From Escherichia phage FP43: a stretch of 64,000 nucleotides of DNA. A program made the position numbers and the translations under genes. The stretch is from sequence record MN648445; one strand, 5' to 3'. Below the pieces are notes generated by a model. That model did not search any database, was not told where the DNA came from, and saw only the letters and a program-made list of their open reading frames with translations. Numbering within the stretch: the stretch's first letter is position 1; every line of letters begins with the position of its first letter. Positions 17,773 to 27,982 of the stretch are shown piece by piece.

Positions 17773-18792
17773 ATGAAAATTTTGCACTTAGGCGACTTCC
17801 ATATCGGAGTCAAACAAGACGACCCATGGGTTCAAGATATTCAACGTGATGGTATTCGACAAGCAATTGAATACTCTAAGAAACACGGGATTAAAACTTG
17901 GATTCAGTACGGTGATTGGTTTGACGTCCGTAAAGCAATAACACATCGTACAATGGAATTCAATCGTGAAATCGTTGATATGATTTCTAAAGCAGGCATT
18001 CACGTTCATGTCACGATAGGAAACCATGACATGGCGTTTAAGAATACAATAACACCTAACACTGTTTCTGAATTGTTAACTCAATTTGAAAACTTTACTA
18101 TTTACGAGCATCCAACTACTGTAGATTTTGACGGATGTCTGATTGATATCGTTCCATGGATGTGTGAAGAAAATACAGGTGAAATCTTAGAGCACATCAA
18201 GACTTCTTCTGCTGCGTATTGTGTTGGTCACTGGGAACTGAACGGTTTTTATTTCTATAAAGGAATGAAGTCCCATGGGCTTGAACCTGATTTCTTAAAG
18301 ACCTATAAACAAGTCTGGTCCGGCCACTTCCACACAATCTCTGAAGCTGCTAACGTCAAATATATTGGGACACCATGGACCCTTACTGCAGGTGACGAGA
18401 ACGACCCACGTGGATTCTGGGTATTCGACACTGATGTTGAACGTATGGAATTTATTCCTAATGAAACAACATGGCATCGACGAATCACTTATCCGTTTAA
18501 AGGCAAAATCAATTATTCTGATTATACTAATCTAGCCGTACGTGTTATAGTATCAGAAATTGATTCAGAGTTGACTAAATTTGAATCTGAACTTGAAAAA
18601 GTAGTTCACTCTCTTCGTATGGTTTCTAAAGTTGATAACAGTGTTGAATCTGATGACGACCAGGAAATCGAGATTAAATCACTTCAAGATATCATTAAAG
18701 AATATATTGACGCGATTCCAGATATCTCAGACGAAGACAGAGAAGCGCTGGTCAAATATTCCAACGAACTTTATATTGAGGCAACACAATGA
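17773..18792 (+). CDS. 47: recombination endonuclease subunit gp47 (Mre11-like)
   Basis: 339 aa; phosphoesterase motifs (LGDFHIG, GNHD); strong match to remembered T4 gp47. Confidence 0.95.
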   Translation: MKILHLGDFHIGVKQDDPWVQDIQRDGIRQAIEYSKKHGIKTWIQYGDWFDVRKAITHRTMEFNREIVDMISKAGIHVHVTIGNHDMAFKNTITPNTVSELLTQFENFTIYEHPTTVDFDGCLIDIVPWMCEENTGEILEHIKTSSAAYCVGHWELNGFYFYKGMKSHGLEPDFLKTYKQVWSGHFHTISEAANVKYIGTPWTLTAGDENDPRGFWVFDTDVERMEFIPNETTWHRRITYPFKGKINYSDYTNLAVRVIVSEIDSELTKFESELEKVVHSLRMVSKVDNSVESDDDQEIEIKSLQDIIKEYIDAIPDISDEDREALVKYSNELYIEATQ

Positions 18793-19046
18793 CTTTAGAT
18801 GAATTTAACAATGCTGGGCTAGGGCTTGAAGTTGAAATAGACGTTAAAGATGATGATGGATTCGAGAACACTATCAAGTATTGGATTGAGCCATTACGCG
18901 TTGAAGGCAATGAAGTTAAAGCCGTTCATGTCTGTACCGACTGGGCTATTGAATTTAGCTTTAATATAATGGACAACGATACTCCTAGCTCTATTCTTAA
19001 AATGGCTGAAGCGTGTATTGAGGATGCGTATAATGACGAAGACTGA
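18789..19046 (+). CDS. hypothetical acidic protein
   Basis: 85-aa ORF, ATGA overlap with gene 47. Confidence 0.45.
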   Translation: MTLDEFNNAGLGLEVEIDVKDDDGFENTIKYWIEPLRVEGNEVKAVHVCTDWAIEFSFNIMDNDTPSSILKMAEACIEDAYNDED

Positions 19047-19272
19047 CTATGAAATCCATCGTCACGAATTTAGTATTGGCGACGGTTATATTGGTATCGT
19101 TGAATGGACTGAGAATTACGAGGAATCAACTCCTCGTTTCTTTGGAACAATGTATGTTATCTGTGAGTACGCACCAGGTGTTGTTATGTATGCAGAACTA
19201 GATGAATATTTTGCTGATAGGGATGACATGTTAAAATATGTAGAGGACTTCATTCGAAGAGAATACATATGA
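19024..19272 (+). CDS. hypothetical protein
   Basis: ORF 19018..19272; first ATG at 19024. Confidence 0.4.
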   Translation: MRIMTKTDYEIHRHEFSIGDGYIGIVEWTENYEESTPRFFGTMYVICEYAPGVVMYAELDEYFADRDDMLKYVEDFIRREYI

Positions 19273-20957
19273 AATCATTTAAATTAAATCGTGTTCGTTA
19301 TCAAAACATCATGTCGGTAGGTGGGAATCCTATTGATATCCAATTAGATAAAGTCCAAAAGACATTAATCACTGGTAAAAATGGTGGTGGTAAATCTACG
19401 ATGTTAGAAGCCATTACTTTCGGACTTTTCGGTAAACCATTTCGTGATGTTAAGAAAGGACAAATCATTAATAGCACGAACAAGAAAGAGCTCTTAGTTG
19501 AGCTTTGGATGGAATTCGATGATAAAAAATACTTCATTAAACGAGGCCAAAAGCCCAATATTTTCGAAATCTCCGTTGACGGTGTTCGTCTTGATGAATC
19601 TGCCAGCAGTCGCGACTTCCAAGAAGAATTTGAACGTAGCATCGGAATGTCATACGCGTCTTTTAAACAGATCGTTGTGCTTGGGACGGCAGGGTATACC
19701 CCTTTCATGGCTCTTAGCACCCCTGCTCGTAGAAAACTTGTCGAAGACCTTTTAGAAGTAGGCACACTCGCTGAAATGGATAAAATCAATAAGTCTCAAG
19801 TTCGAGAACTTAATTCCCAGGGACAAGTTCTCGATGCTAAGAAAGATGGTGTTATCCAACAAATTAAGATTTATAACGAGAATATCGAACGTCAAAAGAA
19901 ATTATCTGGCGATAATGTAGCGCGTCTACAGAATATGTATGACGACCTGGCTAAAGAAGCTCGGTCATTAAAAGCAGAAATCGAAGAAGCTAATGAGCGA
20001 CTACTTAATATCGTTCTTGATGAAGACCCTACTGAGGCATTCAATAAGATAGGACAAGAAGCATTCTTGATTAAATCTAAAATTGACTCATATAACAAAG
20101 TTATTAAGATGTATCATGATGGCGGTACATGTCCTACTTGCGCATCACAGTTGCACCAGGGTGATCCTATTGTCTCTAAGATTACCGATAAGCTTCATGA
20201 ATGTAATCACTCATTCGAGCAACTTACCTGCCACAGAGATAATCTGAGTGTCCTAGTGGACGAATATAGAGCTAATGTTAAGACTAAGCAGGACCTTGCA
20301 TCTGATATTCGTACCAAGAAACAAGCAATGATTGCCACTATTGATAAAGCTAAGAAAGTTAAAGCTGCAATAGAGCAAGCCTCGGCAGAATTTATCGACC
20401 ATGCCGATGAGATAGCTTTGCTTCAAAAAGAACTTGATAAAATCATTAAAACAAAATCAGATATCGTTCTTGAAAAATACCATCGTGGTATTATCACAGA
20501 TATGTTAAAAGATTCTGGTATTAAAGGTGCTATCATTAAAAAATATGTGCCTCTGTTCAACAAGCAGATTAACCATTATCTTAAAATCATGGAAGCCGAT
20601 TACGTGTTTTCTATTGATGAAGAATTCAATGAATCTATAAAATCACGTGGTCGTGAAGAGTTCAGTTATGCTTCATTTAGTCAAGGTGAAAAAGCACGTA
20701 TCGATATTGCACTGTTGTTTACATGGCGAGATATTGCTGAAAAGGTCTCTGGTGTTAAAATCAACACGTTGATTCTTGATGAGGTTTTTGACGGCGCTGT
20801 AGATTCTGAAGCTGTTAAGGCTATAGATACCATTCTTGGAAGTTTACAAAATACTAACGTGTTCATTATCTCTCATCGAGACCATGACCCTCAACGTTAT
20901 GGACAACATCTTCAGATGAGTAAAGTTGGACGATTTACTGTAATGACTGTTTCATAA
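19269..20957 (+). CDS. 46: recombination endonuclease subunit gp46 (Rad50/SbcC-like ATPase)
   Basis: 562 aa; Walker A GKNGGGKST, coiled-coil with CPTC zinc hook, C-terminal LILDEVFDG. Confidence 0.95.
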   Translation: MKSFKLNRVRYQNIMSVGGNPIDIQLDKVQKTLITGKNGGGKSTMLEAITFGLFGKPFRDVKKGQIINSTNKKELLVELWMEFDDKKYFIKRGQKPNIFEISVDGVRLDESASSRDFQEEFERSIGMSYASFKQIVVLGTAGYTPFMALSTPARRKLVEDLLEVGTLAEMDKINKSQVRELNSQGQVLDAKKDGVIQQIKIYNENIERQKKLSGDNVARLQNMYDDLAKEARSLKAEIEEANERLLNIVLDEDPTEAFNKIGQEAFLIKSKIDSYNKVIKMYHDGGTCPTCASQLHQGDPIVSKITDKLHECNHSFEQLTCHRDNLSVLVDEYRANVKTKQDLASDIRTKKQAMIATIDKAKKVKAAIEQASAEFIDHADEIALLQKELDKIIKTKSDIVLEKYHRGIITDMLKDSGIKGAIIKKYVPLFNKQINHYLKIMEADYVFSIDEEFNESIKSRGREEFSYASFSQGEKARIDIALLFTWRDIAEKVSGVKINTLILDEVFDGAVDSEAVKAIDTILGSLQNTNVFIISHRDHDPQRYGQHLQMSKVGRFTVMTVS

Positions 20958-20983
20958 ACGCTTTAACACGATGTGGTTATAAT
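20957..20983 (+). promoter_or_regulatory. middle-promoter-like element (MotA-box-like + -10)
   Basis: AAACGCTTTA then 12 nt then TATAAT; IR GATGTGGT/ACCACATC around the -10. Confidence 0.4.
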
Positions 20984-20999
20984 GACCACATCAAATTAA

Positions 21000-21200
21000 A
21001 TGGAGAACAACATGGAGTATTCAACCGGACAACATCTTCTTGTTGTCCCTGAAATTAAAAAATATGTTTTGACCAATACGTTTTCAGGTGAAGAACATAT
21101 TGTTACTGAACAAATGCTCAAATCTGCTTTTAAAGATGAGTATAATAAAATAATGTCTAATCGCAATTCCGCATGGACAGTTACTGACTTCTACGAATAA
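21000..21200 (+). CDS. small hypothetical protein
   Basis: 66-aa ORF between 46 and 45. Confidence 0.4.
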   Translation: MENNMEYSTGQHLLVVPEIKKYVLTNTFSGEEHIVTEQMLKSAFKDEYNKIMSNRNSAWTVTDFYE

Positions 21201-21212
21201 GAGAGAAATAAT

Positions 21213-21629
21213 ATGTTTACTACTGCTAAAGGTTTCACTGCTGCTGATCTGAAAGTTACTTCTATCCGTACTGACGCTAACCCGCATAACCATAATCGTG
21301 TTCGTAAAGCATGGGTCCTGCATTGTGATGACGCAAGTGCTAAAAAGCTTCAATCTTTGCCACAAGAAACTCGTTTTATGATTTATGGTTTTATTGATAA
21401 CGATGTATCTGATATGTGGATTCATCTGATGCGTAAGCACTATAAAGATTCTATTGAAGCCGGTGGAAAAATCGTTCTTGATAAAGATGGTTCTGAGCGT
21501 CTGGAAGATTTCTACTGTGTTGATGCCGACGAACAATTAATTGCAGCTGGCGAAATTGTTGCTTCTAAAATTCCAGAATATATTGAATCACTGCCTGAAG
21601 CTATTAAAAAGCAGATGGTTGCTGCATAA
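21213..21629 (+). CDS. hypothetical protein at the rpbA (RNA polymerase-binding protein) position
   Basis: 138 aa; assignment by synteny (between 46 and 45) only. Confidence 0.45.
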   Translation: MFTTAKGFTAADLKVTSIRTDANPHNHNRVRKAWVLHCDDASAKKLQSLPQETRFMIYGFIDNDVSDMWIHLMRKHYKDSIEAGGKIVLDKDGSERLEDFYCVDADEQLIAAGEIVASKIPEYIESLPEAIKKQMVAA

Positions 21630-21671
21630 TAAATTTGTTATAAACTTTGAATTGTCTTGAAAGGAAATAAA

Positions 21672-22358
21672 ATGAAACTGTCTAAAGATACTATCGCTAT
21701 TCTGAAAAACTTTGCCTCTATTAACTCCGGTATTCTGCTGAGTCAAGGTAAATTTATTATGACCCGTGCAGTTAATGGCACCACTTATGCGGAAGCAAAT
21801 ATCTCTGATGAAATTGATTTTGACGTAGCACTTTATGATTTGAATAGCTTCTTAAGCATTTTGAGTCTAGTGTCTGACGATGCTGAAATTTCAATGCACA
21901 CTGATGGCAATATTAAAATTGCAGATACACGTTCCACAGTTTATTGGCCTGCTGCCGACAAGAGCACTATTGTTTTTCCTAATAAGCCAATTCAATTCCC
22001 GGTGGCTTCTGTGATTACTGAAATTAAAGCTGAAGACCTTCAACAATTGCTTCGAGTTTCACGTGGTCTCCAGATTGATACAATTGCTATTACAAATAAA
22101 GATGGTAAAATTGTTATCAATGGTTACAATAAAGTTGAAGATTCTGGACTAACTCGTCCTAAGTATTCTTTGACTCTTACCGATTATGACGGTTCTAACA
22201 ACTTTAACTTCGTAATCAATATGGCTAATATGAAAATCCAGCCAGGTAACTATAAAGTAATGTTGTGGGGAGCTGGTGATAAAGTTGCAGCCAAGTTTGA
22301 AAGCTCTCAAGTAAGTTATGTTATTGCGATGGAAGCCGATTCTACTCACGACTTCTAA
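21672..22358 (+). CDS. 45: sliding clamp gp45
   Basis: MKLSKDTIAILKNFASINSGILL... matches remembered T4 gp45 across its length. Confidence 0.95.
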   Translation: MKLSKDTIAILKNFASINSGILLSQGKFIMTRAVNGTTYAEANISDEIDFDVALYDLNSFLSILSLVSDDAEISMHTDGNIKIADTRSTVYWPAADKSTIVFPNKPIQFPVASVITEIKAEDLQQLLRVSRGLQIDTIAITNKDGKIVINGYNKVEDSGLTRPKYSLTLTDYDGSNNFNFVINMANMKIQPGNYKVMLWGAGDKVAAKFESSQVSYVIAMEADSTHDF

Positions 22359-22433
22359 GTCAAAGCTTTACGTTTAATGTAGTACGATTATGGAGGAGAA
22401 ATCCTCCAGTTTAATGATAATGAGGAAAATTAC

Positions 22434-23396
22434 ATGATTACTATCAATTCCAAAGAGCACATTCTAGAACAGAAATATCGTCCTTCTTCCATTGACGAAT
22501 GTATTCTGCCTGCGTATGACCATGAAACATTCAAGTCTTTAGTATCTAAAGGAAAACTTCCTCATATTATTTTACACTCTCCATCTCCTGGTACCGGTAA
22601 AACAACCGTGGCAAAAGCATTATGTAATGATATCAATGCCGAAATGATGTTCGTCAACGGTTCTGATTGTAAGATTGATTTTGTGCGTGGTCCGTTAACT
22701 GCATTCGCTCGTTCAGTCTCAATGGAAGGCAAGCCTAAAGTTATTGTTATTGATGAATTTGACCGTAGTGGCCTCGCCGAATCACAACGTCACCTTCGTA
22801 CATTCATGGAAGAATTCTCTAGTAACTGCTCTATTATTATCACTGCTAACAATATTGATGGAATTATTGAACCATTACGTAGCCGTTGTCGAGTTATCGA
22901 ATTCGGACGTCCGACTGAAGAAGATAAAATCTCGATGATGAAGAAAATGATTCATCGTATGGTTGAAATCTGTAAGAACGAAAATATCGAAATCGCTGAT
23001 ATGAAAGTTGTTGCAGCTCTGGTTAAAAAGAATTTCCCGGACTTTCGTCGTACAATTGGCCAATTAGACCAGTACTCGTCTAAAGGTGTTCTTGATGCAG
23101 GTATTCTGTCTATCGTAACTAATGACCGTGGCACAGTCTCTGATGTTATCGAAGCAATGAAGAACAAAGATATCAAACAACTTCGTGCATTAGCTCCAAA
23201 ATATGCTGCAGATTATTCATGGTTCATCGATAAATTAGTTTCAGAATGTTATGACCAAGTTGCACCTGGTAAAAGTATTATTTCGCTTTACGAAATTGCA
23301 GGCGAAAATAATAAGTTTCATGGACTAGCAAGTAATATTGAATTACATGTTATGTATATGCTTCTTCAACTGACCTGCGAACTGACTTGGAAATAA
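22434..23396 (+). CDS. 44: clamp loader large subunit gp44
   Basis: [17 protein letters not shown]...[10 protein letters not shown] (Walker A), DEFDR; matches T4 gp44. Confidence 0.95.
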   Translation: MITINSKEHILEQKYRPSSIDECILPAYDHETFKSLVSKGKLPHIILHSPSPGTGKTTVAKALCNDINAEMMFVNGSDCKIDFVRGPLTAFARSVSMEGKPKVIVIDEFDRSGLAESQRHLRTFMEEFSSNCSIIITANNIDGIIEPLRSRCRVIEFGRPTEEDKISMMKKMIHRMVEICKNENIEIADMKVVAALVKKNFPDFRRTIGQLDQYSSKGVLDAGILSIVTNDRGTVSDVIEAMKNKDIKQLRALAPKYAADYSWFIDKLVSECYDQVAPGKSIISLYEIAGENNKFHGLASNIELHVMYMLLQLTCELTWK

Positions 23397-23397
23397 T

Positions 23398-23961
23398 ATG
23401 AACTTATTCGATGATGACGTCCAGCTTAACGAGCACCAAATTGCATGGAAGTCTAATGACGCTGATGCGATTCAAAAATGTGCTGATATGTTTAAAGAAA
23501 AACCTGAGAATGAATTCTTTAAAATCATTAATGCTATTAATGAAAAGAAATCTATGTCAATTGCTCAGGTCGACTACTCAAAATTTATGGTTGAGAACTC
23601 ATTATCCCAGTTCCCAGAATGTATGCCAGCCGTTTACATGATGAACTTAGTCGGTTCTGAATTAAGTGATGAAGCGCACTTCAACTATATGATGGCGGCA
23701 ATTCCGCGTGGTCGTCGATTCTCTAAATGGGCTAAACTAGTCGAAGACACTTCAGAGTTACTAGTTATCAAACTGTTGATGAAACATTACACAATCAACA
23801 TGAATGATGCTACCGAGTATAAGCGGCTCCTTGAAAAAAATAACAAGTTGCCAATAGTCCTTAAAGAACTGAAGGCCATGGTCACTGATGAATTTCTCAA
23901 AGAAGTTACTAAAAACGTAAAAGAACAAAAACAATTTAAAAAATTAGCATTGGAATGGTAA
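23398..23961 (+). CDS. 62: clamp loader small subunit gp62
   Basis: 187 aa, same length as T4 gp62; syntenic, TAATATG junction. Confidence 0.9.
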   Translation: MNLFDDDVQLNEHQIAWKSNDADAIQKCADMFKEKPENEFFKIINAINEKKSMSIAQVDYSKFMVENSLSQFPECMPAVYMMNLVGSELSDEAHFNYMMAAIPRGRRFSKWAKLVEDTSELLVIKLLMKHYTINMNDATEYKRLLEKNNKLPIVLKELKAMVTDEFLKEVTKNVKEQKQFKKLALEW

Positions 23962-23963
23962 AA

Positions 23964-24332
23964 ATGATTGAAATTAAATTGAAGAACCCTGAAGATTTTC
24001 TGAAAGTCAAAGAGACTTTGACCCGTATGGGCATCGCTAATAACAAGGATAAAGTCCTTTACCAGTCTTGTCATATCCTCCAAAAGCAAGGTAAATATTA
24101 CATCGTCCACTTTAAAGAAATGCTGCGTATGGACGGACGTCAGGTTGATATTGATGGTGAAGACTATCAGCGACGTGATTCGATTGCTCAGTTGCTTGAA
24201 GACTGGGGATTAATTGTTATTGAAGACTCTGCTCGTGAAGATCTGTTTGGCCTGACTAATAACTTCCGTGTTATCTCTTTTAAACAGAAAGATGACTGGA
24301 CTTTGAAAGCAAAATATACAATTGGTAATTAA
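23964..24332 (+). CDS. regA: translational repressor RegA
   Basis: MIEIKLKNPEDFLKVKETLTRMGIANNKDKVLYQSCHILQK matches remembered T4 RegA. Confidence 0.9.
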   Translation: MIEIKLKNPEDFLKVKETLTRMGIANNKDKVLYQSCHILQKQGKYYIVHFKEMLRMDGRQVDIDGEDYQRRDSIAQLLEDWGLIVIEDSAREDLFGLTNNFRVISFKQKDDWTLKAKYTIGN

Positions 24333-24336
24333 AGCA

Positions 24337-24357
24337 ATGGGACTTCGGTCCCATTTG
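24337..24357 (+). terminator. intrinsic terminator (TTCG tetraloop) between regA and 43
   Basis: ATGGGAC TTCG GTCCCAT then TT. Confidence 0.55.
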
Positions 24358-24413
24358 GAGTATAATAAGTTCATCAACAAACAAAAGACAATAACTCGTC
24401 TAAAGGAAATTAA

Positions 24414-27125
24414 ATGAAAGAATTTTACTTAACGGTTGAACAGATTGGTGATTCAATTTTTGAACGTTACATCGATTCTAATGGCCGTGAACGTACTCGT
24501 GAAGTAGAGTATAAGCCATCGTTGTTTGCACATTGTCCTGAAAGTCAGGCTACGAAATATTACGATATCTATGGTAAACCTTGTACTCGTAAATTATTCG
24601 CTAACATGCGTGATGCCTCCCAATGGATTAAACGCATGGAAGATATCGGACTTGAAGCACTTGGCATGGACGATTTCAAATTGGCGTATTTGTCTGACAC
24701 TTATAACTATGAAATCAAATACGACCATACAAAAATTCGTGTGGCTAACTTCGACATCGAAGTAACATCTCCGGACGGGTTCCCTGAGCCGTCACAAGCA
24801 AAACATCCGATTGATGCTATCACCCATTATGACTCAATTGATGACAGGTTTTATGTATTTGACCTTTTGAATTCTCCATACGGTAATGTAGAAGAATGGT
24901 CTATCGAAATTGCGGCTAAGCTTCAAGAACAAGGTGGTGATGAAGTTCCATCCGAAATTATCGATAAAATCATTTATATGCCGTTCGATAACGAAAAAGA
25001 ATTGTTAATGGAATATCTCAACTTCTGGCAACAGAAAACTCCTGTCATTTTGACTGGATGGAACGTTGAGTCATTTGATATTCCATATGTGTATAACAGA
25101 ATCAAGAATATTTTTGGTGAATCTACTGCGAAACGTTTATCACCACATCGTAAAACTCGTGTTAAAGTTATCGAAAACATGTATGGTTCTCGTGAAATCA
25201 TTACATTGTTCGGTATCTCTGTTCTTGATTACATTGACCTTTACAAAAAATTCTCTTTTACCAATCAACCGTCGTATTCTCTGGATTACATTTCAGAATT
25301 TGAATTGAACGTTGGTAAACTGAAATATGACGGCCCTATTTCTAAGCTTCGTGAAAGCAATCACCAACGATATATTTCTTATAACATCATCGACGTGTAT
25401 CGTGTATTGCAAATTGATGCTAAGCGCCAGTTCATCAACTTGAGTTTGGACATGGGTTATTATGCTAAGATACAGATTCAATCTGTGTTCAGCCCAATTA
25501 AAACATGGGATGCTATTATTTTTAATAGCCTTAAAGAGCAGAACAAGGTGATTCCACAAGGTCGTTCTCACCCGGTTCAACCTTATCCCGGTGCTTTTGT
25601 TAAGGAACCTATTCCAAATCGATACAAATATGTAATGAGTTTCGACCTTACATCTCTGTATCCAAGTATTATTCGCCAAGTGAATATTAGCCCAGAAACA
25701 ATAGCAGGAACGTTTAAAGTAGCTCCACTGCATGATTATATTAACGCAATCGCTGAACGTCCTTCAGATGTGTACAGTTGTTCTCCTAACGGCATGATGT
25801 ATTATAAAGACCGTGATGGTGTAGTTCCAACTGAAATCACTAAGGTCTTTAATCAACGTAAAGAACATAAAGGTTACATGCTTGCGGCTCAACGTAATGG
25901 TGAAATAATTAAAGAGGCGTTGCATAATCCTAATCTTTCTGTTGACGAACCATTAGATGTTGATTATCGTTTCGACTTCAGCGATGAGATTAAAGAAAAG
26001 ATTAAAAAGTTGTCTGCTAAATCTCTTAATGAAATGTTGTTTAGAGCTCAACGTACTGAAGTTGCAGGTATGACTGCACAAATTAACCGTAAATTGCTCA
26101 TCAACTCGCTTTATGGTGCACTTGGAAACGTTTGGTTCCGTTATTACGATTTGCGTAATGCTACTGCAATCACAACATTTGGTCAAATGGCTTTACAGTG
26201 GATTGAACGTAAAGTTAATGAATACCTGAATGAAGTTTGTGGTACAGAAGGCGAAGCTTTCGTTCTTTATGGTGATACAGACTCTATTTACGTATCTGCT
26301 GATAAAATTATCGATAAGGTTGGTGAATCTAAATTCCGTGATACCAACCATTGGGTAGACTTCTTAGATAAGTTTGCTCGTGAACGTATGGAACCGGCTA
26401 TTGATAGAGGTTTCCGTGAAATGTGTGAATACATGAATAATAAGCAACATTTGATGTTCATGGACCGAGAAGCTATTGCTGGTCCTCCGCTCGGTTCTAA
26501 AGGTATTGGTGGATTCTGGACTGGTAAGAAACGTTATGCATTAAACGTGTGGGATATGGAAGGAACTAGATACGCTGAGCCTAAACTCAAAATCATGGGT
26601 CTAGAGACTCAGAAATCTTCGACCCCTAAAGCAGTACAGAAAGCTCTTAAAGAATGTATTCGTCGTATGCTTCAAGAAGGTGAAGAATCATTACAAGAAT
26701 ATTTTAAAGAGTTTGAAAAAGAATTCCGTCAATTGAATTATATTAGCATCGCGTCAGTATCTTCTGCGAATAACATTGCTAAATACGACGTTGGTGGATT
26801 CCCTGGTCCTAAATGCCCGTTCCATATTCGTGGAATTCTGACATATAACAGAGCTATCAAAGGTAATATTGATGCTCCACAAGTTGTAGAAGGCGAAAAG
26901 GTATACGTTCTGCCTTTACGTGATGGAAACCCGTTCGGTGATAAATGTATCGCATGGCCTTCTGGTACTGAAATCACAGATTTAATTAAAGACGACGTAC
27001 TTCATTGGATGGACTACACTGTTCTCCTTGAGAAGACATTTATTAAACCACTTGAAGGATTCACATCAGCAGCGAAACTCGATTACGAGAAGAAAGCATC
27101 TCTGTTCGATATGTTCGATTTTTGA
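24414..27125 (+). CDS. 43: DNA polymerase gp43 (family B)
   Basis: 903 aa; exo motif FDIEV, pol motifs DLTSLYPS and YGDTDS; N-terminus matches RB69-type pol from memory. Confidence 0.97.
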   Translation: MKEFYLTVEQIGDSIFERYIDSNGRERTREVEYKPSLFAHCPESQATKYYDIYGKPCTRKLFANMRDASQWIKRMEDIGLEALGMDDFKLAYLSDTYNYEIKYDHTKIRVANFDIEVTSPDGFPEPSQAKHPIDAITHYDSIDDRFYVFDLLNSPYGNVEEWSIEIAAKLQEQGGDEVPSEIIDKIIYMPFDNEKELLMEYLNFWQQKTPVILTGWNVESFDIPYVYNRIKNIFGESTAKRLSPHRKTRVKVIENMYGSREIITLFGISVLDYIDLYKKFSFTNQPSYSLDYISEFELNVGKLKYDGPISKLRESNHQRYISYNIIDVYRVLQIDAKRQFINLSLDMGYYAKIQIQSVFSPIKTWDAIIFNSLKEQNKVIPQGRSHPVQPYPGAFVKEPIPNRYKYVMSFDLTSLYPSIIRQVNISPETIAGTFKVAPLHDYINAIAERPSDVYSCSPNGMMYYKDRDGVVPTEITKVFNQRKEHKGYMLAAQRNGEIIKEALHNPNLSVDEPLDVDYRFDFSDEIKEKIKKLSAKSLNEMLFRAQRTEVAGMTAQINRKLLINSLYGALGNVWFRYYDLRNATAITTFGQMALQWIERKVNEYLNEVCGTEGEAFVLYGDTDSIYVSADKIIDKVGESKFRDTNHWVDFLDKFARERMEPAIDRGFREMCEYMNNKQHLMFMDREAIAGPPLGSKGIGGFWTGKKRYALNVWDMEGTRYAEPKLKIMGLETQKSSTPKAVQKALKECIRRMLQEGEESLQEYFKEFEKEFRQLNYISIASVSSANNIAKYDVGGFPGPKCPFHIRGILTYNRAIKGNIDAPQVVEGEKVYVLPLRDGNPFGDKCIAWPSGTEITDLIKDDVLHWMDYTVLLEKTFIKPLEGFTSAAKLDYEKKASLFDMFDF

Positions 27126-27165
27126 TATAATGCCATGGACGGTAAACTAATTAAATGAGAGAAAT

Positions 27166-27801
27166 ATGAAAACTACACCAATCACTATCGCTATTGACGC
27201 AATCGTAAAACAAGCTTCATCTCTTGCCACTATGGCTAAAGTAATTAGTCAAAACTCTGCCCGATATAATGCTATTCTTGAAACTCTTCGTCGCCCTGGA
27301 CTGAGTAATTATGAAAGCCGAGTAATTATTACAGGTGTTGGTAAGAACGCTAATATCGCAACTAAAGCTTCCGAGACTTTTGCTTCACTAGGTATTCCTA
27401 GCATGTATTTGAACACCGGGCATTATTCTCATGGCGACGCAGGATTTATTGCACCTAATGATGTATTAGTTCACATCAGTCGTTCTGGTAAGACTGAAGA
27501 AATGATAGGTGTTGCTAAACATCTTCGTATGATTCGTCCTCAGGTTAAACAGATTCTGTTACATTGTAACCCTGACATTCCGCAAGAATACGAAGCTCTT
27601 TTTGATTATACGTTCTGTACAGGCATCGCGGTAGAGGTTGATGAGAATTCTCTGGCTCCGACCATGTCCACTACATTGTTGTTAGCGCTTATCGATACGT
27701 TTGCTATCAACCTTTCGTCTGAACGTGGATTTACCTCTAATGACTTCCTTAAGTTCCACCCTGGTGGTGCACTAGGTGCCATGTTACGAGGCGAACAATG
27801 A
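27166..27801 (+). CDS. SIS-domain sugar-phosphate isomerase (arabinose-5-phosphate isomerase-like)
   Basis: 211 aa; ITGVGKNANIATK and SRSGKTEE SIS motifs; C-terminal FHPGGALGAML typical of KdsD/GutQ-type isomerases. Confidence 0.6.
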   Translation: MKTTPITIAIDAIVKQASSLATMAKVISQNSARYNAILETLRRPGLSNYESRVIITGVGKNANIATKASETFASLGIPSMYLNTGHYSHGDAGFIAPNDVLVHISRSGKTEEMIGVAKHLRMIRPQVKQILLHCNPDIPQEYEALFDYTFCTGIAVEVDENSLAPTMSTTLLLALIDTFAINLSSERGFTSNDFLKFHPGGALGAMLRGEQ

Positions 27802-27941
27802 AAGCAATAACAATAGGACTTTTACTATTGATGCTTGTCATGACTATCTACTGGAGCTTAACGGCTCCAGTAATGATTCCGACTCTTATAATCGGATGGA
27901 TTATGATTGGACTACAAGCAAAGTATGAATGCTTTAACTAG
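27798..27941 (+). CDS. small hydrophobic membrane peptide (47 aa), possibly Imm-like
   Basis: ATGA overlap with upstream gene; almost entirely hydrophobic. Confidence 0.3.
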   Translation: MKAITIGLLLLMLVMTIYWSLTAPVMIPTLIIGWIMIGLQAKYECFN

Positions 27942-27982
27942 AATAGTGTACGATACACCTACTTACCAATGAGGACCACAAC

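Noticed and set aside
19301-19789. Long minus-strand ORFs in the track (e.g. 19301..19789, 21084..21536, 25293..25733, 36315..36653, 1038..1373, 2628..2984) lying entirely inside well-supported + strand genes
   Set aside because: They overlap strongly conserved genes (46, 45, 43, 41 etc.), lack ribosome-binding sites, and have the compositional look of antisense shadow ORFs of AT-rich coding sequence.
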